From: Macrostomum lignano
Lineage: Eukaryota
Length of the DNA stretch: 36,453 nt
Direction of reading: 5' to 3'
NCBI GenBank assembly: GCA_002269645.1
Contig: NIVC01004742.1
Coordinates: 1-36,453 of the forward strand
A program made the translations under genes and the position numbers. Positions 23,301-33,022 of the stretch are shown piece after piece. Every line of letters starts with the position of its first letter. Position 1 is the stretch's first letter. The notes beneath the pieces are model-generated. The model was not told the origin of the DNA. It did not search any database and saw only the letters and a list, made by a program, of their open reading frames with translations.

Positions 23301-24754
23301 TAGAATGGAAAGTGGCACACTAGAATGGCATTGGCACACTAGAATGGCACTGGCACACTAGAATGGCACTGGCACACTGTAATGGCAACTGGCACCCAAA
23401 AAAGTAATTTGCAACTTACGCCGCTGCCGCTCCCGGGCCAGCGAGGCAAGCAGGATGTCCTGGCCGCTGACAACTCCCTGGCCCCCGGACCGCTGTCGGG
23501 CCTCCTCGGTGAACCAGTCGCCGCTCTTGGCCGCGTTCAGCACCTCCAGGCGGCACAGCCGGCACTGAGGTTCGCTGCCGTGCACAAGGTAGACGCAGGA
23601 GCGGCAGGCCAGGTAGGCGCACCTGTTGCACACGTATCGACGGTGCACCATGTACAGCCGGGAGCCGCACAGCTCGCACAGGCTGTACAGCAGGCCGGGC
23701 TGTTCGTTCTGGTTTTGCACCCGGCTCACCTGGGCCATGGTGCGATGCAGCTCGCGGCGCAGCTTCCTGCGGGTGCGGCCCAGAGAATGCGGTAGACAGA
23801 CAGACACGCAGACAGACACTGAGACAGGCAGCTGCGGACAGACACTGAGACAGGCAGACGGACAGACACTGAGACAGGCAGCTGCGGACAGACACTGAGA
23901 CAGGCAGCTGCGGACAGACACTGAGACAGGCAGACGGACAGACACTGAGACAAGCAGCTGCGGACAGACACTGAGACAGGCAGGCGGACAGACACTAAGA
24001 CAGGCAGGCGGACAGACACAAAGACAGACAGGCGGGCAGACACTGAGACAGACAGGCGGACACTGAGACAGGCAGACAGGCAGACGGACAGACACAAAGA
24101 CAGACAGGCGGGCAGACACTGAGACAGACAGGCGGACACTGAGACAGGCAGACAGGCATACGGACAGACACTGAGACAGGCAGAGGGACAGACACAAAGA
24201 CAGGCAGGTGGACAGACACAAAAACAGACAGGCGGACAGACAAAGACAGACAGGCGGATAGACAATGAGACAGGCAGGCGGGCAGCCCGATCACTCAACT
24301 CTCTCCGCCGCTCGTCCTGCCTCCTGGCGGCCAGCAGTCGCTGCAGCAGGTTGTCCAGCTGCACCTTCTCCTCGGTGGTGAAGCAGTCCATGCCGATGCT
24401 GCGCACCAGCTCCTCGGGGATCGCGAGCTCGAGAGTCTCATCGATGGAGCCCAGCGAGATAGCGGACTCGCCGGCGATGCTCTCATCCCGCCAGGAGCAG
24501 TAGGACTTCGAGTAGGACCGGCCGCCGAAGCTGCTCCCAGCGCCGCGTCGGCCGCCCCGTTGCGACGAGGGCGACCTCGGCGATTTCAATGGCATCGACG
24601 GCGACTGGGATGGCAACGACGGCGACTGAGACTTCGAGGGCGATGCCGACTGGCGGCCCCGGTTAGACCCCGCGGCCGTGGAAGCTCCAGCGGCCGACCG
24701 GCGGCTGCCGAAACCGGCGCTGCCGTTGCTAGCGCCGCTGACCCTGCTGGCCAT
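14253..24754 (-). CDS. SYTL4: Synaptotagmin-like protein (Slp4/5, granuphilin-like Rab effector); join complement(14253-14392, 16396-16622, 17553-17899, 18287-18610, 19193-19633, 20055-20222, 21366-21619, 23420-23766, 24300-24754), about 900 aa
   Basis: SHD1 (FTTEEKVQLDNLLQR...DERRRE|KLRREL), four CxxC pairs plus SGDWF (SHD2), C2A (NPYVKTYLLPDKTKRSKRRT; VWHSLTFGSNVFLGE), C2B (SPYVKGYL; LELTVWDHVKIGRNDFLGGVRL) and the Slp-type tail (MDARGHESLMWTRMLEKPNDWVEGSLLLRPSM). All junctions are GT-AG with matching phases, and the exons sum to 2703 nt = 901 codons. The boundaries of exon 19193-19633 are the least certain. Several canonical Ca2+-ligand Asp positions are substituted, especially in C2A. Confidence 0.9.
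14538..16300. repeat. 11-bp minisatellite (CAGAAGCTACC), about 160 copies, in Slp intron 8
   Basis: Direct reading; degenerate edges; recurrent variant blocks. Confidence 0.96.
16396..16622 (-). CDS. SYTL4: Slp coding exon 8 (C2B)
   Basis: YLINPD...LELTVWDHVKIGRNDFLGGVRLNVG; acceptor CCCACAG, donor GTGAG. Confidence 0.92.
16735..17457. repeat. 16-bp minisatellite (TTTGAGGATGTGAGAC) with 20-bp variants, in Slp intron 7
   Basis: 16-aa periodicity in ORF 16858-17469. Confidence 0.95.
17553..17899 (-). CDS. SYTL4: Slp coding exon 7 (end of C2A, start of C2B)
   Basis: VSVWHSLTFGSNVFLGE...SPYVK; acceptor CCCGCAG, donor GTGAG. Confidence 0.92.
17928..18185. repeat. 30-bp minisatellite (CACAGCTGAGTGACAGGGTGGGGAGTCACT), in Slp intron 6
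   Basis: 10-aa periodicity (HSQLSDRVGS). Confidence 0.88.
18287..18610 (-). CDS. SYTL4: Slp coding exon 6 (C2A, first part)
   Basis: ASRESLASNVSENE...NPYVKTYLLPDK...RTLQ; acceptor CCTCAG, donor GTGGCT. Confidence 0.92.
18735..19018. repeat. 42-bp minisatellite (core CAGCCACCTAACTCCCTGCCCATCTGCACC), in Slp intron 5
   Basis: 14-aa periodicity (SEQPPNSLPICTRL). Confidence 0.9.
19193..19633 (-). CDS. SYTL4: Slp coding exon 5 (linker; both ends uncertain)
   Basis: Open GC-rich frame (ORF 19145-19558); phase-0 acceptor TCAG and phase-0 donor GTTCGT are plausible but weak. Confidence 0.65.
19830..19965. repeat. Short degenerate ~10-bp repeat (CTGACACTC / CTGACAACC), in Slp intron 4
   Basis: About 8-10 recurrences of CTGACA/TGACA; loosely periodic. 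Confidence 0.6.
20055..20222 (-). CDS. SYTL4: Slp coding exon 4 (linker)
   Basis: GCGCAG acceptor, GTGAG donor, 56 codons, phase 0/0. Confidence 0.82.
20270..21295. repeat. 14/20-bp minisatellite (GAAACCGACATCGA / GAAACCGACACCGACATCGA), in Slp intron 3
   Basis: Direct reading; a higher-order block recurs near 20660, 20790, 20950 and 21100. Confidence 0.94.
21366..21619 (-). CDS. SYTL4: Slp coding exon 3 (charged coiled-coil/linker)
   Basis: Acceptor CTCTCCAG gives RQR-L-VQEERQRREQKK; donor GTAAG. Confidence 0.8.
21665..22125. repeat. 8/9-bp repeat (TTACAGAC / TTGACAGAC), in Slp intron 2, 3' part
   Basis: Direct reading; degenerate copies continue to about 22330. Confidence 0.94.
22790..23395. 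repeat. 19/20-bp minisatellite (GGCACACTAGAATGGCAACT), in Slp intron 2, 5' part
   Basis: Direct reading; about 30 copies. Confidence 0.94.
23420..23766 (-). CDS. SYTL4: Slp coding exon 2 (Zn-binding Rab-binding domain, SGDWF)
   Basis: Acceptor CGCAG, donor GTAAGT; CELC..CNRC..CRSC..CRLC. Confidence 0.92.
23792..24277. repeat. ~25-bp degenerate minisatellite (CAGACACTGAGACAGGCAG...), in Slp intron 1
   Basis: Direct reading; produces the CLSVC-rich stretches in ORFs 23358-24221 and 23726-24763. Confidence 0.9.
24300..24754 (-). CDS. SYTL4: Slp coding exon 1 (S/G-rich N-terminus plus SHD1)
   Basis: ATG at 24754; donor GA|GTTGAG at 24299 (phase 2). Confidence 0.75.
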
Positions 24755-25544
24755 GAGATGCAATCAGAAACTGCTGCAGGGACTCAAATTGAGTTCAGCT
24801 TTAACCTGACAAAAAGTTGCTTTTGCTGTTCTGCTGAATCTTGATGCGCTTTTACTGGGCGTTTTGCTCGTCCCGAAAGCTGAACTTTTTTTACCAAAAG
24901 CGTCAGTTGCCTTGCTGATTAGATAAGGCGTAGCAAGAGCTTGGAAATGGCAGCCAGATAAATTCGCCTCGGCCTGTGCTGATGTTCGCACGCGTTTTCC
25001 GTGTGCTTCTCTCTCGTCTCTGTGTGTGCGTGTGTAGTCTCAGCCACGGCGCTTTATAAGACACGCCTAAAATAGAGGTTTGTTTTTCAAGGCCAACCCC
25101 TCTCTCGGCCCATTTTTGCGTAGGCATGAGAGCTAACTGGTTCTTGTGACGGCAACACGGCGATAGACTGCACAGTGAGCCACCGCGCCTTCGGAACTGG
25201 GGGGGTGGGGGTGGAGTGAGCCGAGAGCTAAAAAATTTGAGAACAAAAGCGATTGTGTACACGCTCGTTACGCGGGCGTGCATTTGTCACTGCAGGGAGT
25301 ACAGCGGTGTGTTTGCTGTATTACTATTTTTGAGGTTGGCAGAGTATTGAAGCTGCAACGAGTTTGAGACTGGGGACGGGGGTCAGAGAGAGAGAGAGAG
25401 CATTTATTTATACTCGTGACTTTGGGTGGTGTACAAACACACCTGACACACAATATCAATATGTATCTTAGTCAGCCTTCTCGCGCTATATCCCTGCAAG
25501 ATGGTTGTGGTGGCCGTATGTCGCTACAGGGACGTGTGTCATTG

Positions 25545-25610
25545 TTTCATATCTCCGACACTTGAAATCTCTCCGTTAGGGTTAGAGTTAAACTTGTCGG
25601 ACATATGAAA
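25545..25610. repeat. Small inverted-repeat element (16-bp arms) with a TTAGGGTTAG-like spacer
   Basis: TTTCATATCTCCGACA (25545-25560) matches the reverse complement of TGTCGGACATATGAAA (25595-25610) at 15 of 16 positions. Confidence 0.6.
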
Positions 25611-26133
25611 GCGCCGTATTGAATGCATACTCATTGTATAGGGTTACCCATTAAATCTGGGATACAGCCGACTGCAAGCTTGCTGTGGACTGCTTTTACA
25701 TCCAGAAACCACGTCCAGGAAATCGACATTTAAAATTTGAAGACGGAACTCCCATCTAGCTGGCATGTTATTTTATCTACTAAACTGTAAATGTAGACTC
25801 TTAGAGTTTAATCAATTGGTTGATGATAAAGGCAGGTGTATACTCAGCAACATCGACGAAAAGTCGCCACCCTTTGCCCCAGTGAGCAGTGTCTTTCGAC
25901 CAGCGTCTATCACCTGGCCAACCATTGATATTAAAAATGCTTGAAAAAACAATGAAAACCTGGTGGAAGCTTCAATCCATCCGATCTTCGCCCTCCGCTC
26001 TTCCCAATCCCTCCTCACCCAGCCCAACTCTGCGTTGCGTGGCATCCAAACATCCAAATTTAGCAAACAGTATACTAGCCAACACAACAAAACTACATTT
26101 ATAAACAATACGTCAATGCCAATTAGTTCTTTG

Positions 26134-27643
26134 CAGGGGCGTCGCCATGGATTTAATGGTGGGGGGACAAGGCCAAGAATTCAACATGTACATGTACATG
26201 ACTAAATTTTGGTACTCATTTTAGTGCCGCAGGCACTCATTTTAGCGCCACAGGCAGTCATTTTAGCGCCGCAGGCACTCATTTTAGCACCGCAGGCACT
26301 CATTTTAGCGCCGCGGGGACTCATTTTAGCGCCGCAGACAGTCATTTAGGTGCCACAGGCACTCATTTTAGCGCCACAGGCACTCATTTTAGCGCCACAG
26401 GCACTCATTTTAGCGCCACAGGCACTCATTTTAGCGCCACAGGCACTCATTTTAGCGCCACAGGCACTCATTTTAGCGCCGCAGGCACTCATTTTAGCGC
26501 CGCAGGAACTCATTTTAGCACCGCAGGCACTCATTTTAGCGCCGCGGGACTCATTTTAGCGCCGCAGACAGTCATTTAGGTGCCACAGGCACTCATTTTA
26601 GCGCCACAGGCACTCATTTTAGCGCCACAGGCACTCATTTTAGCGCCGCAGGCACTCATTTTACGCAGGCACTCATTTTAGCGCCGCGGGACTCATTTTA
26701 GCGCCGCAGACACTCATTTAGGTGCCACAGGCACTCATTTTAGTGCCGCAGGCACTCATTTTAGCGCCGCAGGCACTCATTTTAGCGCCGCAGGCACTCA
26801 TTTAGCACCGCAGGCACTCATTTTAGCGCCACAGGCAGTCATTTTAGCGCCGCAGGCACTCATTTTAGCACCGCAGGCACTCATTTTAGCGCCGCGGGAC
26901 TCATTTTAGTGCCGCAGACACTCATTTTAGCACCGCAGGCACTCATTTTAGCTCCACAGGCACTCATTTTAGCTCCGCAGGCACTCATTTCAGCACCGCA
27001 GGCACTCATTTTAGCGCCGCAGGCACTCATTTTAGCGCCACAGGCACTCATTTTAGTGCCGCAGGCACTCATTTTAGCGCCGCAGGCACTCATTTTAGCG
27101 CCGCAGGCACTCATTCTAGCGCCACAGGCTCTCATTTTAGTGCCGCAGGCACTCATTTTAGCGCCGCAGGCACTCATTTTAGCGCCGCAGGCACTCATTT
27201 TAGCGCCGCAGGCACTCATTTTAGCGCCACAGGCACTCATTTTACCACCGCAGGCACTCATTTTAGCACCGCAGGCACTCATTTTAGCACCGCAGGTACT
27301 CATTTTAGCACCGCAGGCACTCATTTTAGCACCGCAGGCACTCATTTTAGCGCCGCAGGCACTCATTTTAGCGCCGCAGGCACTCATTTTAGCACCGCAG
27401 GCACTCATTTTAGCACCGCAGGCACTCATTTTAGCGCCGCAGGCACTCATTTTAGCGCCGCAGGCACTCATTTTAGCACCGCAGGCACTCATTTTAGCAC
27501 CGCAGGCACTCATTTTAGCGCCGCAGACAGTCATTTGGGTGCCGAAGGCGCTATAATTTGGCGCCCTGTAGAAAAATTACTGATTACCACAGTGGGGTGG
27601 GGAGACAAAGCATTGGCATGTCCCCCCGGCGGCAATGCACCTG
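26134..27643. mobile_element. Non-autonomous DNA transposon (hAT-like) containing an internal minisatellite
   Basis: Left end CAGGGGCGTCGCCA; reverse complement of the right end CAGGTGCATTGCCG (10/14 match). Inward-facing GGGGGGACA near both ends. Direct repeat TTCTTTG immediately outside both ends (26127-26133 and 27644-27650), or GTTCTTTG if the terminal G is shared. Confidence 0.7.
26205..27540. repeat. 21-bp minisatellite (GCAGGCACTCATTTTAGCGCC), about 63 copies, inside the transposon
   Basis: 7-aa periodicity (PQALILA / MSACGAK). Confidence 0.96.
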
Positions 27644-27815
27644 TTCTTTGCTTTATCAAAAGCAATAGTGTTTTGATATGTACCACACACGCTATAGCTT
27701 GGCGGGAAGGAATGGTTTTGAAGCCTCTTGTTTTCGTGAATGCCCGCTAGTTTCGTCGATGTATAAAGCTTAGTGGGGCCCTCGAAACGAAGAGGCAACA
27801 CCATAGAGGCAACAT

Positions 27816-28076
27816 CTAGACCATAGATCGTATATATTCCCTAGATGGGCCACTGTGTACTTAACCGCGCCCATAGACTCAATGAATTTCTTGAAAATTT
27901 TAGCGAACACCGTCTACTCGTACATATTGTTTAAGTTTCTTACCATGCATCACAAAAAATTGCTATGTCCCTCAGCTACTGAACTCGCTTTTTCGGGGAT
28001 CAAATTTTCAACATACATGTACTCGTAGTTTGAATAGAGTGGCCCATCTAGGAAATATACGATCTACATGGCCTAG
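27816..28076. mobile_element. MITE-like element of about 260 bp with ~39-bp terminal inverted repeats
   Basis: CTAGACCATAGATCGTATATATTCCCTAGATGGGCCACT (27816-27854) matches the reverse complement of AGTGGCCCATCTAGGAAATATACGATCTACATGGCCTAG (28038-28076) with few differences. The TSD cannot be resolved because the outer CTAG is palindromic. Confidence 0.75.
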
Positions 28077-30788
28077 ACAGAACCATTAGTTCCTTAGAGG
28101 ACTGCAGGTCAATTCTAAGAAAATGGACTGCATTGTCCTTCTACTTCAGTTGTCCATCGATGCACCTCTTTAACTTTGAACTCCGAAACTGGTCCTGGAC
28201 CTCCACTATGATGCACTACTGCAATCAATATATTCTTTTAAAAATATCAAAACCCACCCAGGCATTGAAACGTCCTTTCCGAGAGAATGTGGAGCGCCTC
28301 AGCACTCAAAATTGATTTCAGCATTTCAAGTAAAAAACTAAATAGATAGCTTCTACTTTAGCAGACTACTAACACTGAACTAGTAGTATAAGTCCAAAAT
28401 AATAATTACTTGTAATAAATAAATGAGTCAATAATGGAATATCCCCAACGGGGCAACAATATTTATGCATTTTATTCAATTTTTGGTTCAAATGGGAATT
28501 TTATTGAAAGTACAGGTTCTTTTAATATAACGCTTCCAAATTAACAAAGCTACTAGTAAAACTTAACATTTAAGTACACTTACAATACATATGCATAACA
28601 CATATTAGTAGACAGAATCCCGGCACAGATACAAGGCCAGAGTACTACACAAACAATAGCAATTTTAATTATTAATTAGGCATATCAGGAGATATATAAA
28701 TATAGATATAATTAGATTTTTTGCTTATAAAAGCGCATCGAATGCAATAGGGATCAGCAACTCCAATAGGATTAGAAATGGGATATTAATGCTTGGAATT
28801 TTCACAGACAGATAATGACAGACGACACGTAAGAGCTGGGAAGTTGAAAGGCTACAAAGGGTGAGTTAGTAAATAGCAGCAACACTGTAAATTGAAACTC
28901 GATTGCATCTGATAATTATTAGGAGCAGTAAACTAATTCTTTAGTTGAAATGTATACATATATATATATAATATTTATAGTACACATAGAAATGGCTAGC
29001 AGCAATCAATCAAATTTATATATTATTAATATGTGCATATCAACTCGAAAGCAGGTAGATTTGCATAAGTTTGCAAACAAGAGACAGTTAATTAATATGC
29101 ATATACCATATTGATACGGTTAGCCAAAAAGAACAATAGTAGTATTTTTCTGTTCTAAGGATTCTTATAATATATATTATAAGTATTACTTAGTATTGAA
29201 TAGATTCAAGTGGCTCTCTAATTTGTAGTGCAGCGCAGAGTATTCATATTAACTATGCAACAAAACCAAAAGTACATACGAAGGAGAGCAAACTGTGATG
29301 TGCAATATGAGTGCACAGATAGCGAGATCAAGGCAGTCATCAATCCAATCATTTTCAACACAAAATCGATGCAGTAGTTACTTTTGAGTTTTTTGCAAAA
29401 AAAAAATACAGTTATGAATTTAGAACAGAGAACACAAAAAGAGAGCTGAACTTTAGGAGCGCAGGGCAAAGCAGACCCCCCTGCACAACACTGCACCGTA
29501 TGAGATAGTTGCAATGAACAGAATTGTACACATACAGACAGGAAGGGTAACTTTCGAAGGAATTTCATCAAAACCCTCCAAGCCAATGTGGGTGCAGTTT
29601 TGAAGAATAGATACAATTTTCAATGACACTAATAAAAGCAGCGGCAAAGCAGAATAAAGCAGAGCAAAAACATAGTAAGAAGCAGCAAAAGGGCAATGTG
29701 TTGGAAGCAATTACTATTTTTATAAGTTTCTGTTGTAGAGAATTTATTTATATTTTAAAAAGACTCCACTCTCATTGGCTCTGAACTTTTGTCTATGGTC
29801 AAAACTGACAAATGTGACCTGTCATTGCCACACATGGCAGCTATTTGTATTCTATTAAAGAAATTAGACAGGTCATACCACCGAATTCTGTTTCAGAGAT
29901 TTTATAAATCTTGTTCAGGTTAAGTTAAAGTTTAAGGGCACGTCAGTAAAACAATACACGGGGCACAAATTCAACTCCCTTACTATTCACCTTTTTATAA
30001 GAACGAGCGTATATGAATTACGAATTTATTATTCTTATTCTTATCTGTCTGGCACACAATTTTAGAACTGAAAAAGCTTGCTTACAAAACACCACCCTTC
30101 TGCTTAGACATTAGACATTAATTAGCAACATGGACATACAAAATCATATTGTCAGAAGGAACTGCCAGGGTTGGATTGTTGGACAACACAGCGCGTGAAA
30201 GCGGGCACAATACGCTATATTATATATATATGCGATATAAAGCAATAAATCGGATTAGCGAACGAATGCGAGAAGAGCGAAGGGAAAGGAGAATAACACA
30301 CGATTGCATAGCTGGAGCAAAGCTAAAAACACACACACAGATTTGGGAAAGCAATAGCCAAAGCAAGCAACACGGTGTGCATAGCGGCAGGACAACATAA
30401 TCGCGGATATGACAAGTTTATAGACATGATCTGATCTGATGGGTCGCGCGCACAAGTTGACTGTGAATTTGTAGGCCGAAAAATTTGTGGAAAAATTTTC
30501 TTCTCAAGAAATAAAATACGTTTGTAGCTAAACTCTATAATTAAAACTTGTCTTGATAGCTTAAGCCACAGATACTAAAATAACCAGACTTTTTCTGCTT
30601 AATTTTTGCTTTATTAACAATTTTCTGCGCAATGTCACTTAAATTAATGTGGCAGCTAAAATTTCATTTTCTTCATCGGGTTTTGTGGCCTCGCTCATAT
30701 GGTTAAGAATGAACAAGCATTAAGATCGGTTTGTACACAATTGAACAAGATGGACGAAACTCAGCCTAGGGGGGTTGGGGACGGGGAC

Positions 30789-31140
30789 CAGTGGTCGTGG
30801 CGGGTCTCCTTCTAAATTTTCGCGCAACCCAAATTTTTTCGCGCCATAGGTATCTATATATACTAATATACAGCTAAGAATACCCAACAAATTCAGACAT
30901 GCACATGTGAATATGAAGGTAAAAATAGTTATGGAGGTGCAGAACATCATGAAATTTAATTATTCAAATGGGTGCCTGGAGTTTAAAGCTTCTTAATGAA
31001 AAAATAGCGCAAAAATGGGGGAATATTTTTCATATTTTCGCGCCATTAGCCATCCGCATTTTTCGCGCCATGGTCACAGAATTCGCGTATTCGCGCCATT
31101 TTCGCGCAGGCGCGAATTCGCGCCACCGCCACGACCACTG
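30789..31140. mobile_element. Non-autonomous hAT-type element, 352 bp
   Basis: Perfect 15-bp TIR CAGTGGTCGTGGCGG (30789-30803 and 31126-31140); perfect 8-bp TSD ACGGGGAC (30781-30788 and 31141-31148); about 8 subterminal TTCGCGC-type motifs. Confidence 0.93.
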
Positions 31141-31148
31141 ACGGGGAC

Positions 31149-31345
31149 AGGCCCATGGCCCAATCTAGCTCAGCCAATGAGAAAGCAGTAAGGAGAGAGG
31201 TCAAAGTAAAACTCTGCCTAGGGGGGACAGGCCCATGGCCCAATCTAGCTCAGCCAATGAGAGAGCAGTAGGGAGAGAAGTCAAAGTTAAACTCAGCCTA
31301 GGGGAATCTAGCTCAGCCAGTCAGAAAGCAGTAAGCAAAGAGCAT
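31149..31345. repeat. 80-bp tandem repeat, about 2.5 copies, with a further partial unit left of the hAT insertion
   Basis: AGGCCCATGGCCCAATCTAGCTCAGCC at 31149 and 31229; AAACTCAGCCTAGGGGG also occurs near 30760. Confidence 0.85.
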
Positions 31346-33022
31346 AAAGTCAGACACTTGAGTCAGGCAAGAGAAAAGCCAAACTGTTTATCGGTCTGGC
31401 TGGGGCGCAACCCCTTTTTCTCTCTTGCTTTGTTATGTACACACAACTAGATTTGCGTGCAAGATTCAAACAGGATAAAGATGCTAATTTTATGGGTCTG
31501 CTAGAATGCCAGTGACGATTGTTGTAGCTTTAAGTTTAGGTCTAAAGATGCAGACAAAAAACGCTAATTTTGCTACTAAAATAGGTGAGCGCAGTTTTTG
31601 TGACTGATTTATCTAAGTTAGTTTAGTACCTGCGGTTTTACCTATTAATAAAAGACCACGACAATAAGAACAAAATAATAACTGGAAAGGAGAACGGGGT
31701 AACTAGTAAATATTAATATTAAAATAAGTAAAAAAACATAAATTGGGGCACAATAGATATTTTTACTCAACAACGCAATACAAGCACAAGTAGGCAAGTT
31801 GGTGACAATTTTGTTAAACAAATCCTGTCGAAATTTAAAAAGTCTTCATCTAAAGCCAACAGAAGCAGCGCGATGGGAAAAAAGCTAAAACAAACCATTT
31901 AAACGAAACCCGTGCCATCTGTCGTCTCTCTAGCTACGTATGAAATGAAATATACTAATAACGAATGATTATGTAACTTGAGCACAGAGCGGGGGGTTTC
32001 TCTACTAAACCAATTCATAGTTAAAAGTCATGGACGCAATCAAATGTACGCACTGATAAATACTTTGCACAACCTGTTAATTGAACGCTAAAAGTGATAG
32101 CTTCACGGCCCCACTAAAAACAGTTAGTTTAGTCTTTAGTTTATAAATATTTACGCAATCAAGTTGAAGGTAAAATGGATCTCTGTTGGTAAATACTTAT
32201 CAAAAATGGTGTAATATTTAAAAAATACACTTGTACATATCAAATAGAGTTGATTAACGGAGCTACGGGAAAGGCCTCCGTGTGGAAGACTGACTGACGG
32301 ACAAATGTACGCATGTATATAATAGAATATTAACATATTAAAACCAATTACAAACCCGACCCGCCCTATAGTCGCATTACTTACTAATATAATCTGGGGA
32401 AATGGGTATAGAAGACAGAATATAGAGCCGCTGGTAGCACTGACGGGAAATTGACATGTAAAAGCCTGCAGGTAAGACCATTATACAGACGATTCTCATT
32501 CATGTTGATTTTCAAAGTAAATAGTTTAATATAAATTGTTTCAAGAGCAAAAGTGCGGAGACACAAGACATACGAGGGGAGCACCATATTACGTCATAGT
32601 TTAAACAAATTAATACAGCGCGATGCATAGATATTGATTGAGAAAGGCCAATAGGATACGACTATCAATGAGCGGTATTAGATAACGGGGGGCGTTGTCG
32701 GAATTCATCAACATTCGTTGCAAAAGAACCGGAAGGAGACTTATGAAGCAATCGATCAGTCATTAAAACGCGGTAGAATTGGATCAGACAAGTATTTGCC
32801 GAAATTGCCGAAATGAGTTAAATAAATTTTATATGCGAACAGAGATCGGAACCTCAGGACTAGCAATAGGGGAGGGAAAGCGGATTTTTAAGAATTAAAA
32901 TGAGACCGAACAACAGGCGAGCCGAAGGAAATGGAAGCTAAAAGAAGAATCGTCCTCAAACAAGAAAGAGCAATTGCCTCGAAACTGTCCCATAATTAGG
33001 AGTTGTGAGAGGGAGAGCGCAG

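Noticed and set aside
25575-25590. TTAGGGTTAG as an interstitial telomere
   Set aside because: Fewer than two full units; better explained as the spacer of a small inverted-repeat element.
25800-26108. ORFs at 25812-26108 and a Trp-rich minus-strand frame (NGWPGDRRWSKDTAHWGKGW)
   Set aside because: Short, with no recognisable domain and no partner exons found.
992-27556. Dozens of periodic ORFs (SSLLSIL, DKRVTVV, MALPG, APRSLSW, GSYPEATQKLP, MSACGAK and others) as repeat proteins
   Set aside because: They are translations of stop-poor minisatellites, open on several frames and both strands, and many lie inside demonstrable introns.
28100-33000. AT-rich ORFs (29218-29616, 29453-29710, 30149-30455 and others) and a possible very long 3' UTR of the R3H gene
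   Set aside because: The ORFs have non-coding composition; UTR extent cannot be determined from sequence alone.
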